DNA from: Longimicrobiales bacterium
GTDB lineage: Bacteria > Gemmatimonadota > Gemmatimonadetes > Longimicrobiales > RSA9
NCBI GenBank assembly: GCA_036377735.1
Contig: DASUXU010000104.1
Span: 10,904-74,903 of the forward strand
Length of the DNA: 64,000 nt
Direction of reading: 5' to 3'
In this document: positions 37,135 through 45,925 of the stretch, piece by piece
Numbering within the stretch: position 1 is the stretch's first letter
Layout: each line of letters begins with the position of its first letter
Notes under the pieces: model-generated
What the model saw: only the letters and a program-made list of their open reading frames with translations
Databases searched by the model: none
What the model was told of the DNA's origin: nothing
Position numbers and translations under genes: made by a program

Positions 37135-38369
37135 GTCGGCTTCTCCGCCGCGATGAGTGCAACCACCCGCTCGATCTCGGCGGGTGAGTTGTAGATGTGA
37201 GGCGATAGCCGCATCCACTGATATCCGTACTCGCCGATGACGCGGGTACGGATATTTGCTGCCCGGGCCAGCCGCACCTGCAGATCGAGCGCATCCACGC
37301 CGTCCAGCTTGAAGGACACCATCCCCGCCCCCAGTGAGTCCGCCTGCGGCGACATCATCCGGATGCGCGGGTTCTCCAGCAGACCATCCATCAGCATGCG
37401 ACGCAGCGTGCGGATCCGTTCGTGGATGCGGTCGGGGCCGATGACCTGGTGGAAGCGCAAGGCAGCGAGCAGGCCGGCCATGCGGGACTCATCGAAGGAG
37501 CCGAGATGGTTGAAGCGCATGGCTCCGAGCGAGAGGTCGTCCCAGTCGCCCGACGCCAGTGTCGGCCAGAGCCGGGTCCGCCAGTCAGCGCGGATGTACA
37601 GGATTCCGGTTCCCTGCGGCGCGAGCAGCCATTTGTGCGGGGACGTCGCGTAGAAGTCGGGGTCCAGCGCCACCATGTCCACGTCCATCATCCCCGGCGG
37701 ATGCGCGCCATCGATGACCGAGATGATGCCGTGCTCGCGCGCAAGACGGACGAGGCGGGCGACCGGCATGATCAGGCCGTTCGAGAACGTGACGTGCGAG
37801 ATTGAGATCACACGCGTGCGCGGTGTGATGGTGCGCGTGAAGATGTCCACAACCTCGTCTTCATGCGACGGCGGTATCGGCAGCTCGAGCTGTCGCAGGG
37901 TCACACCGTGGCGGGCCGATGCGAGCTGCCAGCAGCACAGTCCGCCGATGTGCTCATGCAGTGTGGTGAGGACCTCATCGCCCGGACGCAGCTCGAGCCC
38001 GTTCGCCACGAAGTTCATCCCTTCCGTGGTGTTGCGCGGGAAGACGAGCCCTGCGGGATCGCACTTGAGCACCTGCGCCGCCGCGGCGGTCAGTGTGTTC
38101 CAGTCGACGCCGGGTGGATACGTCATCGCGACGCGGCGGGTGTGCTCGATGATGGCATCGACCACGGGACGTGGCTGCGGCCCCAGCGTGCCGACGTTGA
38201 GGTAGATCCGGTCCCGCGGAATGGGAAATGCCTCGCGTACGGATTCCCAGAGCTCGGCTGAGCCGGGGTCGAGGTCCTGCGTGCGGTGTGCGAGTGCATC
38301 GAGTGTTCGAGGCCACGCCAGACCGATGCCGGCGACGCCAGCGCGATTAACGAATGTTCTGCGATCCAT
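37128..38369 (-). CDS. class V aminotransferase-fold PLP enzyme with a Tat signal
   Basis: [19 protein letters not shown] (twin-arginine motif), followed by a class V fold (ATSPHKW PLP-lysine region). Start at ATG 38369 (residue 28 of the track ORF). Confidence 0.75.
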   Translation of the reverse strand: MDRRTFVNRAGVAGIGLAWPRTLDALAHRTQDLDPGSAELWESVREAFPIPRDRIYLNVGTLGPQPRPVVDAIIEHTRRVAMTYPPGVDWNTLTAAAAQVLKCDPAGLVFPRNTTEGMNFVANGLELRPGDEVLTTLHEHIGGLCCWQLASARHGVTLRQLELPIPPSHEDEVVDIFTRTITPRTRVISISHVTFSNGLIMPVARLVRLAREHGIISVIDGAHPPGMMDVDMVALDPDFYATSPHKWLLAPQGTGILYIRADWRTRLWPTLASGDWDDLSLGAMRFNHLGSFDESRMAGLLAALRFHQVIGPDRIHERIRTLRRMLMDGLLENPRIRMMSPQADSLGAGMVSFKLDGVDALDLQVRLARAANIRTRVIGEYGYQWMRLSPHIYNSPAEIERVVALIAAEKPTQ

Positions 38370-38443
38370 GATGCCATGATGCTGCGCCCACCCGCTCGAT
38401 CGCAACCCTGACAACCGCGTCGCATGCGCATACCTTTGTCGCC

Positions 38444-39541
38444 ATGGCATCGCTGATCCGCTTCATCCGCGCCTATACGTCACCCGACGGCGTGCAGGTC
38501 ACGGTCCAGCCCACCACCTATCAACGCGCCGGCGAGACACTGCCGGGTCTGGTATTCAAGCCTGCGACGACGCGTGGGCGGCTGCCCGGCTGGGTCGTGC
38601 TTCACGGACTCACCCGCACCGGCAGCAGTCACCCCGGTCTCCAGCGCTTCGCGCGCGCGGTCGCCGCATCCGGCAGTGTCGTGCTGATCCCTGACATCCC
38701 CGAATGGCGCGAGCTGCGCGTCGCGCCGGCGGTCACGATCGATACGATCCGCGCGGCCGTGCGCGCACTGCAGCAGCGTGATGACGTGCGGCATGAGCAC
38801 GCGGGCATGCTCGGCTTCTCGTTCGGCGCGACACAGGCGCTGGTCGCGGCGACGGACCCGGACATCGCCGAAATGCTCCACGGCATCGCCGCCTGGGGCG
38901 GCTACTGCGACCTGCACGCCGCCTTTTCCTTCGCCATGACTGGTGAGCACGAGCTCGACGGAAGGCGATACCAGATCGCACCCGACCCTTATGGCGCATG
39001 GGTGATGGCTGGAAACTACCTGACCCGTGTACCGGGACACGAAGGCGATCGTGACGTAGCACAGGCGCTTCACAGTCTCGCCATCGAGGCGGGCGATCGC
39101 GGGTTCTACGCGTGGGAACCGATCTTCGACGAGAGCAAGCTGCGGCTTCGCGCGCAGCTGCGTCCTGCGCAGCGCGAAGTGTTCGACGCACTCGCGCCGC
39201 TCACGACGTCTCCCCGCCCCGCAGGCGCCTTCGAGCGCGGGCTTGCCAACGCCCTTGCCGACGCAGCCATCGAGACGGATCCACTGCTGGATCCGCGGCC
39301 GCACCTCGGCAGTGTGCGCGTGCCCACGCTGATCGCGCACGGCCGGGATGACCGCCTGATTCCCTTCACGCAGTCCATCCTGTTGAGCCGACGGCTGCCG
39401 CCGGAAATACTCAAGCATTGCGTTATCACCGGTCTGTTTGCACACTCGGGGGGTACCGTTGCGGGGCTGAAGCCGGCCACGCGGGTCGCAGAGACCGTGC
39501 GGTTCGTGCGTCTGCTCCGTGCATTGCTACGCCACGCCTGA
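38444..39541 (+). CDS. alpha/beta hydrolase family protein
   Basis: Nucleophile elbow GFSFG and HGRDDRLIPF near the C-terminus. Confidence 0.7.
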   Translation: MASLIRFIRAYTSPDGVQVTVQPTTYQRAGETLPGLVFKPATTRGRLPGWVVLHGLTRTGSSHPGLQRFARAVAASGSVVLIPDIPEWRELRVAPAVTIDTIRAAVRALQQRDDVRHEHAGMLGFSFGATQALVAATDPDIAEMLHGIAAWGGYCDLHAAFSFAMTGEHELDGRRYQIAPDPYGAWVMAGNYLTRVPGHEGDRDVAQALHSLAIEAGDRGFYAWEPIFDESKLRLRAQLRPAQREVFDALAPLTTSPRPAGAFERGLANALADAAIETDPLLDPRPHLGSVRVPTLIAHGRDDRLIPFTQSILLSRRLPPEILKHCVITGLFAHSGGTVAGLKPATRVAETVRFVRLLRALLRHA

Positions 39542-39663
39542 GCGGCTGCGGCAGCCGCCGGGATCCCGTTTCCGCAACGCGGGTATCTGGGATGCAGACG
39601 TCGGGCGCACCGCCGTCAATCTCCAGGTGCAGCATGCGACGGCACGGCCGTCGGGAGAGGTCC

Positions 39664-40098
39664 ATGGATTCATCGGCGATTCCAGTGTTTCTCGCGGGAC
39701 CTTTTCCCGTCGTCTACACGTCGAACATCGACCGGGGTGAGGGCGAGGTCGAGCTGGACGTGGCGCTGCTCATCGCAGGACTGCCGAACATCCTGGCATC
39801 GACGACCTTCCCGCTCGATGAAACCTGGGACCGTGTGCGTCTTGCGCTCGAGAGCGGCGACGCCCGGCTCGGCGTGGCGGGTGTGCGGCACGAGGAACGG
39901 GAGGATGAGGAGGGCGCACCCGCGCTCTTCCCTTCGGCCTACATTGGCCTCGAGTGCGCGAACGGTGAACGTCTGGTGCTGGCGCACATCCGCGGCATGG
40001 ACCAGGCGCAGGAGCCGGACGTGTACGCGCGTGAAGTGATCGACGCCCTGCTCCAGGGCTGCGCTCCGGACGACCTGGGTATCACGATCGACGACTGA
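39664..40098 (+). CDS. hypothetical acidic protein (144 aa)
   Basis: ATG 39664 is preceded by GGGAGAGG. GC3-rich. No family recognised. Confidence 0.55.
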   Translation: MDSSAIPVFLAGPFPVVYTSNIDRGEGEVELDVALLIAGLPNILASTTFPLDETWDRVRLALESGDARLGVAGVRHEEREDEEGAPALFPSAYIGLECANGERLVLAHIRGMDQAQEPDVYAREVIDALLQGCAPDDLGITIDD

Positions 40099-41514
40099 TC
40101 AGCCGTCCGCCGCCGCGCTGCGCACCAGTTCCAGGATCGCGGCCTCGGCATTCTCCTCCGACCAGTCCGGCACCGATTCAAGCGGGATCACCGCGCGCGC
40201 CATCGTCGGGTGGCCGCCCCCTGTACCGCCCTTCTCTCCGATGACGCGTGCAATCTCCGCAACACCGCCGTCGCGTCCGGTGTCACGCAGCGTGAGCACC
40301 AGCTTATTCGCCACCACTCCGCTCGTAACCGCGCGCGTGACACCTTCGATTCCCATGCAGAAGTCTGCGAGATCCGCGAGGATGTGGCTCTCATCGTCAT
40401 CCAGCTCGCCGGCGAATGCGACGGCGATCCCGTCGGCAATGCAGACGTTGTGCAGCGCGCGGCCGTACGCCCTGATTGCACTCTCCGGATAGGACGGCTC
40501 CTGTATCCGGCGCAGCAGTGTCAGATCACAGTGCGTCTGAAGGAACGCGTACGCTTCCACATCGGAGGCAACGACGCCACGCGTCAGGAAGTCCGTGTCC
40601 GTGCGGATTCCATGAATGAGTGCGGTGGCCAGGCCCGTACCGACCGCATCCTCGTCGCATGCGCGCAGATATTCCGTCATCATCGATGCGACGGAGCCAT
40701 ACTCGGGCCGGACATCGAGGAAGTCGGCCTGGTATTCGGGTTCCGGTGGATGATGGTCGATGACGGCCGCCAGGGTGTCAGGGCCAATGACGTCGGCAGG
40801 CTGCATGTCCACGACGATCACACGTGACAGCTGCGCAATTTCCTCGCGTGTCACCTGCGTCACGTGCATGCCGAGCAGCTCGGCCATCCGGCGGTTCTCC
40901 GGGCGTCGCATGGCAAGTGACGTGATGATCGGCGCAGTACGGTCGTTCCGGCCGAGTACCGTGCGCACAGCGAGCGCGCTCGACAGCGCATCCGGATCGG
41001 GATCGGGATGGATCAGGATCGGTACGATGTCGGCGTGGTCGGCGAACGCGCGCAGACAAAAGACCCGGCGCTCCGCTTCCAGCCGCACGAGCTCATCCTC
41101 CAGGTCCAGGCGCAGCACGTCGCGCAGCTCGCCGCTGCGCGTCAGCGTGCCATCGCCGCCGGCTTCGTCCAGCGCTTCCGAGAGCACGAGCACAGCGGCA
41201 TCAGCGCGGACGTCGCGCAGGGCGGCTACGGCCCGTTGCGCGCGTGCGTCGTCATTGAGGCAGATGACGGCTGTAACGGACCTGGCATCAACGATCCACT
41301 GATATGTGGCCGCATCCGCGGGATCGCCCGTGAACTCGCCCGCGGCGGCTTCCCGTTTGCTCACCCACGTGCGCACCCGCCTGTGCGCGGAGCGGGCAGA
41401 CGCGCGGAGATCCGAGGTCTCGCTGATCAGCAGCAGCAGCGCGGGGCACTCCGACCGCTCTTCCTGTAATGTCGACACGTTGCTCCGTGGGTGGCCGGGG
41501 TCCGGTGCCGCCAT
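40099..41514 (-). CDS. DHH/DHHA1 family phosphoesterase with an extra ~170-aa N-terminal domain
   Basis: VIDHHPPE and GGGHPTMA motifs. Alternative GTG start at 41478 after GGAG. Confidence 0.75.
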   Translation of the reverse strand: MAAPDPGHPRSNVSTLQEERSECPALLLLISETSDLRASARSAHRRVRTWVSKREAAAGEFTGDPADAATYQWIVDARSVTAVICLNDDARAQRAVAALRDVRADAAVLVLSEALDEAGGDGTLTRSGELRDVLRLDLEDELVRLEAERRVFCLRAFADHADIVPILIHPDPDPDALSSALAVRTVLGRNDRTAPIITSLAMRRPENRRMAELLGMHVTQVTREEIAQLSRVIVVDMQPADVIGPDTLAAVIDHHPPEPEYQADFLDVRPEYGSVASMMTEYLRACDEDAVGTGLATALIHGIRTDTDFLTRGVVASDVEAYAFLQTHCDLTLLRRIQEPSYPESAIRAYGRALHNVCIADGIAVAFAGELDDDESHILADLADFCMGIEGVTRAVTSGVVANKLVLTLRDTGRDGGVAEIARVIGEKGGTGGGHPTMARAVIPLESVPDWSEENAEAAILELVRSAAADG

Positions 41515-41536
41515 TGCAACGTCTGTTCCGCGTGAC

Positions 41537-41565
41537 TTGAATGCCCGTCCCGCCCTGCGTATGAT
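41537..41565 (+). promoter_or_regulatory. strong sigma70-like promoter for the small membrane protein gene
   Basis: TTGAAT, 17-nt spacer, TATGAT. Confidence 0.6.
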
Positions 41566-41624
41566 CAGCGGCCGGAGCGAAACCCGCGGCGCGGGCCCCG
41601 CGTACAGGCCTGCAACAAGGGAGG

Positions 41625-41918
41625 ATGTTCATGTTCGAAGCACTGACAGGATTCATCACCACGATCGCGACCGTTGCGGCGGGCGCTGTGGGCTACATCC
41701 AGTCGCGGGGGTTCGTCTCGAAGCGGCTGCGGTACGTGGATCAGGCGCAGAGCCCGGTCGCACCGGTCGTGGCGGGTATTGCAGGCGTCGCTGTTGCCGC
41801 GCCGATCGCGCTGATCCTGCCGTTCATTACTGCGGGTACTGCAATCGTTTTCGGGCTGGCGGTGGCCTTCGGAACGCGCGCCGGCGCCAAACGCATCCGG
41901 CGCGCGCTGTACCCGTAA
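41625..41918 (+). CDS. small membrane protein (95-97 aa, 2-3 TM)
   Basis: GGGAGG RBS. The second ATG (41631) has the better spacing. Hydrophobic Gly/Ala-rich segments. Confidence 0.7.
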   Translation: MFMFEALTGFITTIATVAAGAVGYIQSRGFVSKRLRYVDQAQSPVAPVVAGIAGVAVAAPIALILPFITAGTAIVFGLAVAFGTRAGAKRIRRALYP

Positions 41919-41921
41919 GCG

Positions 41922-42716
41922 CTATGAGGCGAGGCGCAGGATCGTCTCGCGGAAGTTGCGGCTGACCCGCAGCTTCTTTCCGGACGTCAGCACCGCCACA
42001 TAGTCCCCGCCGACCCAGGGCTGTACTTCACCCACCCGATCCACATTCACAATGATCGAACGATGGATCCGCGCGAACAGGCGCGGGTCCAGCTGCGCAT
42101 GGATGGCCGTGAGCGGGCCGCGCAGCAGGTGCGTGCGATCACCCACGTGCAGTCGCACATAGTTCCGGGCGCCTTCGATCCAGTCCACTTCCTCTGCCGC
42201 AATCGTGTGCACGCGATTGCGCTCGCGCACGACGAAGCGCGCCAGCGTGTTGTCCGCATTCCGCTCCCCCGCATTGCTGCCGCCGTGCGCCAGCAGCTTC
42301 CACAGCCGCTTCGAGTGCTCTGCGTGTGCACCGGGCTGACCCCGGAACGCGCGAATGGTCTCGATCACAGAGGTCAGTGGTTCGCTTTCGAGCGACTCGG
42401 CAATGCACGGCAGCTCGCAATCCGCCAGCACCTGCTCCGCTCGCGCGTCCGGTGGGGATGTGAAGATCGGCGAGGGCATGCGGTCCGGACTGACCTGCTC
42501 GATGACGTCCAGCGCCGTGCCGTCCGACATCCGCAGCGGGATGATCGCGATTTCCGGCCGGAACGCCTGGATCGTTCGCACCGCGTCTGCTGCGCCTGCA
42601 CACTGTGACACCAGCTGCACGTCCTGCATCTGCCCGAGGATTGCCCGTACCCTGTCCCCTGCGCGAGGGTCATTGTCCACGAGGACGATCCGGATCTTCC
42701 TTTCGTCGCGTTTCAT
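41922..42716 (-). CDS. LytTR-family DNA-binding regulator with a degenerate receiver domain
   Basis: C-terminal LytTR domain (VDWIEGARNYVRLHV...FARIHRSIIVN...RVSRNF). The N-terminal receiver-like domain lacks the phospho-acceptor Asp (IAIIPLRM). Confidence 0.85.
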   Translation of the reverse strand: MKRDERKIRIVLVDNDPRAGDRVRAILGQMQDVQLVSQCAGAADAVRTIQAFRPEIAIIPLRMSDGTALDVIEQVSPDRMPSPIFTSPPDARAEQVLADCELPCIAESLESEPLTSVIETIRAFRGQPGAHAEHSKRLWKLLAHGGSNAGERNADNTLARFVVRERNRVHTIAAEEVDWIEGARNYVRLHVGDRTHLLRGPLTAIHAQLDPRLFARIHRSIIVNVDRVGEVQPWVGGDYVAVLTSGKKLRVSRNFRETILRLAS

Positions 42717-42862
42717 AATGCTCTTCCGGTTCCGGTGACAGCTGATGGGATAGCTCCGCTTCCTATTAGAACGACTGGGAGCGCCGTCCGCGGCAGTTCT
42801 GGGGCGAGCGGCAATACGGAAGGGACAGGGCGGGGATCCCGGTGGACGGGACCGCGCGGGGG

Positions 42863-44182
42863 TCAGCCCCCGTGCCGGAAAATCTGGAGCAGGGTGTAGA
42901 TGATCAGGCCGGCCAGGCCGCCGACCAGGGTGCCGTTGATCCGGATGTACTGGAGGTCAGGGCCCACCGCGAGCTCGATGCGCTCGGACGTCACGTCGGG
43001 ATCCCAGCTGTCCACGGTGTCCGAGATGATGCCCGCCACGTCACCGCGGTATTTCTCTACGAGATAACAGGCAGTCTCGATGACCCAGCCATCGATCTTC
43101 GCGACGAGCTCTTCGTCTTTGCGCACCCCTTCGGCAACCGAGACAATGCCGCGCGCGATCGAGTCGATGGATCGGGCGTCCGGGTTCTCCGCGGTGCGGA
43201 CGATCGCCGCACACAGGTCCTCCCACAGGGTGCTTGCGAATGCGTGCACGGCTTCGGCGTTCAGCACGTCACGCTTCATCTGTTCGGCCCGCTCGATGAC
43301 GTGCGGGGACATCCGCAGCCGCTCGATGAACTCGTGCAGCGCGGTATCGAAGCGCTCACGCATGGGGTGCTGCGGGTTGTCACGGATGTCCTGCAGCGTG
43401 CGGTCGATCCCCTTCACGATCTTTGATGCGATCTTCTCGTCGATCTGTTCCGGCATCCACCACGGCGTCTCCTTGTCGATCCGCTCACGGATGAAGTCGC
43501 GGTTCTTCGACAGCGTGCGTGCCAGCAGATGGATGACCTCGTCGAACAGCTCCTGGTGACGGTTGTCCGTGGTCACCAGCGTGAGCGCGCTCGCGAGCAG
43601 CGGTGCGACCGGCGTGCGCTCGACCTTCCGCGTCAGGCTGTTCGCAATGGCCTGCTGGATCTCCGTCTGCTCGTTGGCGCGGATCCCCGTGGCCAGACCG
43701 GTTGCCGCCTTGTGCGCGATCATCCGCGCATTGTCCGGCGACGCCACCCAGTCCAGCAGGTACGCTGCAACGCCCGCCGTCCGCAGCTTGGCCGACACTA
43801 CCTCGGGCGACAGGAAATGGCGCTGCACGAATCCGCCCAGGCTGCGACCGACCTGGTTCTTGCGCGCGGGGATGATCGCGGTGTGCGGTACGGGTACTCC
43901 CAGAGGGTGGCGGAACAGCGCGGTAACGGCGAACCAGTCTGCGAGTCCGCCGACCATCGCGGCCTCGGCGGTCGCGACGACGTAGGCGAGCCACGGATAC
44001 TGCGGCTGGAGCCAGTGCGCGACGATCAGCACGAGGGTCGAGAGGACCAGCAGCCCGGTGGCTACACGCGTCATCCGGCGAAGGCGTGCGCGCCGCTCCT
44101 CGTCCGTCCTTGCCGGTGGGGCCGCTGTGTCGGACCGTGTAGCGGTGTCTATGGCCAGCTCTCTGGGCGTGGGGAGGTTCAT
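42863..44182 (-). CDS. DUF445 family membrane protein
   Basis: ADWFAVTALFRHPLGVPVPHTAIIPARK motif. Start at ATG 44182 (residue 187 of the track ORF); the upstream part overlaps yceI. Confidence 0.75.
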   Translation of the reverse strand: MNLPTPRELAIDTATRSDTAAPPARTDEERRARLRRMTRVATGLLVLSTLVLIVAHWLQPQYPWLAYVVATAEAAMVGGLADWFAVTALFRHPLGVPVPHTAIIPARKNQVGRSLGGFVQRHFLSPEVVSAKLRTAGVAAYLLDWVASPDNARMIAHKAATGLATGIRANEQTEIQQAIANSLTRKVERTPVAPLLASALTLVTTDNRHQELFDEVIHLLARTLSKNRDFIRERIDKETPWWMPEQIDEKIASKIVKGIDRTLQDIRDNPQHPMRERFDTALHEFIERLRMSPHVIERAEQMKRDVLNAEAVHAFASTLWEDLCAAIVRTAENPDARSIDSIARGIVSVAEGVRKDEELVAKIDGWVIETACYLVEKYRGDVAGIISDTVDSWDPDVTSERIELAVGPDLQYIRINGTLVGGLAGLIIYTLLQIFRHGG

Positions 44183-44256
44183 TCCTGCCGTGCATCGGGC
44201 AGGATCCGGGCCTGAATCTGCGAGGCCCGGCGCCGTTGGCAAGGCTGGAAACGCGA

Positions 44257-44285
44257 AGGACCGCCGGGTCCGTCCCGGCGGTCCT
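44257..44285 (-). terminator. hairpin terminator after the YceI gene
   Basis: Perfect 12-bp stem (AGGACCGCCGGG / CCCGGCGGTCCT) with a 5-nt loop, followed on the minus strand by TCGCGTTTCC. Confidence 0.55.
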
Positions 44286-44310
44286 GTCTGCGACTCGAGC
44301 GTCGGATGGG

Positions 44311-44883
44311 TCAGCGCTTGATCGTCACGTCGTAGCCGACAGTGGCCAGCTCGCGCACCTTCATGGTCCCCATCATCAGGCTCGGCGGCTTTACACCCCA
44401 GTCCTTCATGTTGATCTGCGCGGTCGCCGTCGTGCGCACGAGCGAGCCATCCTCGGTCGCTGTGCCGGTCAGCTCCACCGGACGCTCCTGGCCGGCGATC
44501 GTGAGCGTACCCCTCACCGTGACCGCCTTCGCTGCGCCGATCGTATAGCTGTCCAGCTTGAATGAGATCTTCGGGAACTCGCTCATCCGAAGCGCCTTCT
44601 GCATATGCTCGTTCATCGTGCCGTTGCCGCACTCGAGCTTCGCGACGTCGACGGTGATCTGTGCATCCGTCACCAGCTTCTCGAGCGCGGCCTCGCCGGC
44701 GGACGACGTCAGTGCCGCGCCGATTGCGGACGTCTCGCACTTGAAGCTCTTCACGGATGACGTTCCTGAAACCCAGACCTTGCTTTCCGGTGAGAGACTG
44801 AGCTGCGATGCCAGGGGCGCAGCGGCCATCAGGATCAGAGCCGCGCCGCCGAGAAGTCCGAGGTTTCTGCCGTTCCGTGTCAT
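44311..44883 (-). CDS. YceI-like (polyisoprenoid-binding) periplasmic protein
   Basis: Signal peptide. Length and beta-barrel pattern (SKVWVSGTSSVKSF...TLTIAGQERPVEL) fit the YceI family. Confidence 0.75.
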   Translation of the reverse strand: MTRNGRNLGLLGGAALILMAAAPLASQLSLSPESKVWVSGTSSVKSFKCETSAIGAALTSSAGEAALEKLVTDAQITVDVAKLECGNGTMNEHMQKALRMSEFPKISFKLDSYTIGAAKAVTVRGTLTIAGQERPVELTGTATEDGSLVRTTATAQINMKDWGVKPPSLMMGTMKVRELATVGYDVTIKR

Positions 44884-44942
44884 GATATCCTCCCTGTTTG
44901 CCTGTATCCGATTCGATGCTGAAATCTTGCGACTCCGCAGGT

Positions 44943-45770
44943 TCAGTCCTGTCCGCCGCGGGCTGATTCTTCCACGTCGCTGCGCGACATGGCTGTAATC
45001 CGCTCCCTGACGCGTGTTCCGGGGACCACGCTGGTGAGGGTCATGGTCAGGTTCCCCGCCACCGGCATGGAGGTGTCGATGCGCAACGGGAGGCTTGCCT
45101 CATCTGTTCCGATGTAGAACGTCATCCTGGTCGTCCCGTTCTTCTGCCGTGCATCCCGCGCCTCCATCTCGATCACGCGTGCGACGACGGAATCGCCGAG
45201 AGCACTGACTTTCACATCACCGCGGGTCGTCAGGCGTATCGGGTTGCGGTCTTCGTCGAAGTGCCGTGCGACCGTGATCGCGTCGCCATCCATGGAGTGC
45301 GCTGCGCCGCGAACGAAGTAGATGAACGCGAGCTCGTCGAGGGGCATGCGTGATCCGAGCAGGTACGTACGCCGCCCGTCCGACCACTGGCCGAGCGTAG
45401 GCATCACGCGCACATCCTCATCGAAGCGTGCGACGGGCGACCGTTCCGTCTTGCAGTAACGCAGCGTGGTGAGCGTGCCGGCGTCCAGCCAGGAGCGCGT
45501 GCGGTCCGATACCTTGAAGAGCATCACCTTCGCCGAGAAGTCGAAGCTCAGGCGATAGGCGGCGCGACCGCCGGTCGTATCCGCGTCGACGCGCATCGTC
45601 GCCTGCCCCATGTCACCGAAACGCGAGCTGCGGACGCTGAACGTGAGGCGCTCGCCGTCGTGGATGACCGGCTGCGTCGCCTCCTGCTGAGCAGTCGCGC
45701 CCGCTGCGGTGATGAACAATGCCGCGCCGAGGGCGCAGCGTGTGATGAGTCGAATCGTCGTCGCTTTCAT
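44943..45770 (-). CDS. secreted DUF3108-like protein (tentative)
   Basis: Signal peptide (AAGATAQQ) and a GERLTFSVRSSRFGDMGQATMRV start typical of DUF3108, as far as I recall. Confidence 0.55.
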   Translation of the reverse strand: MKATTIRLITRCALGAALFITAAGATAQQEATQPVIHDGERLTFSVRSSRFGDMGQATMRVDADTTGGRAAYRLSFDFSAKVMLFKVSDRTRSWLDAGTLTTLRYCKTERSPVARFDEDVRVMPTLGQWSDGRRTYLLGSRMPLDELAFIYFVRGAAHSMDGDAITVARHFDEDRNPIRLTTRGDVKVSALGDSVVARVIEMEARDARQKNGTTRMTFYIGTDEASLPLRIDTSMPVAGNLTMTLTSVVPGTRVRERITAMSRSDVEESARGGQD

Positions 45771-45861
45771 GGGTTGAATTTGCGCCGCCGGAACCCGCCG
45801 GACCGTCGGGGGACGGAGGAAAAGCTGTCGTCGCCGCGCCTACCGCCACGTGCAGAAATGC

Positions 45862-45893
45862 GGAAGGCCCGGAGGTGTTGCCCCGGGCCTTCC
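45862..45893 (-). terminator. hairpin terminator after the porin gene
   Basis: 11-bp stem (GGAAGGCCCGG / CCGGGCCTTCC) with a 10-nt loop, followed on the minus strand by CCGCATTTCTGC. Confidence 0.45.
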
Positions 45894-45925
45894 CTGTGTC
45901 CAGCCGTCCATTGCCAGAGCGGCTC

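Noticed and set aside
39546-39566. Short hairpin (GCGGCTG-CGG-CAGCCGC) after the alpha/beta hydrolase gene, considered as a terminator.
   Set aside because: The stem is only 7 bp and lacks a proper U-tract. It is too weak to call.
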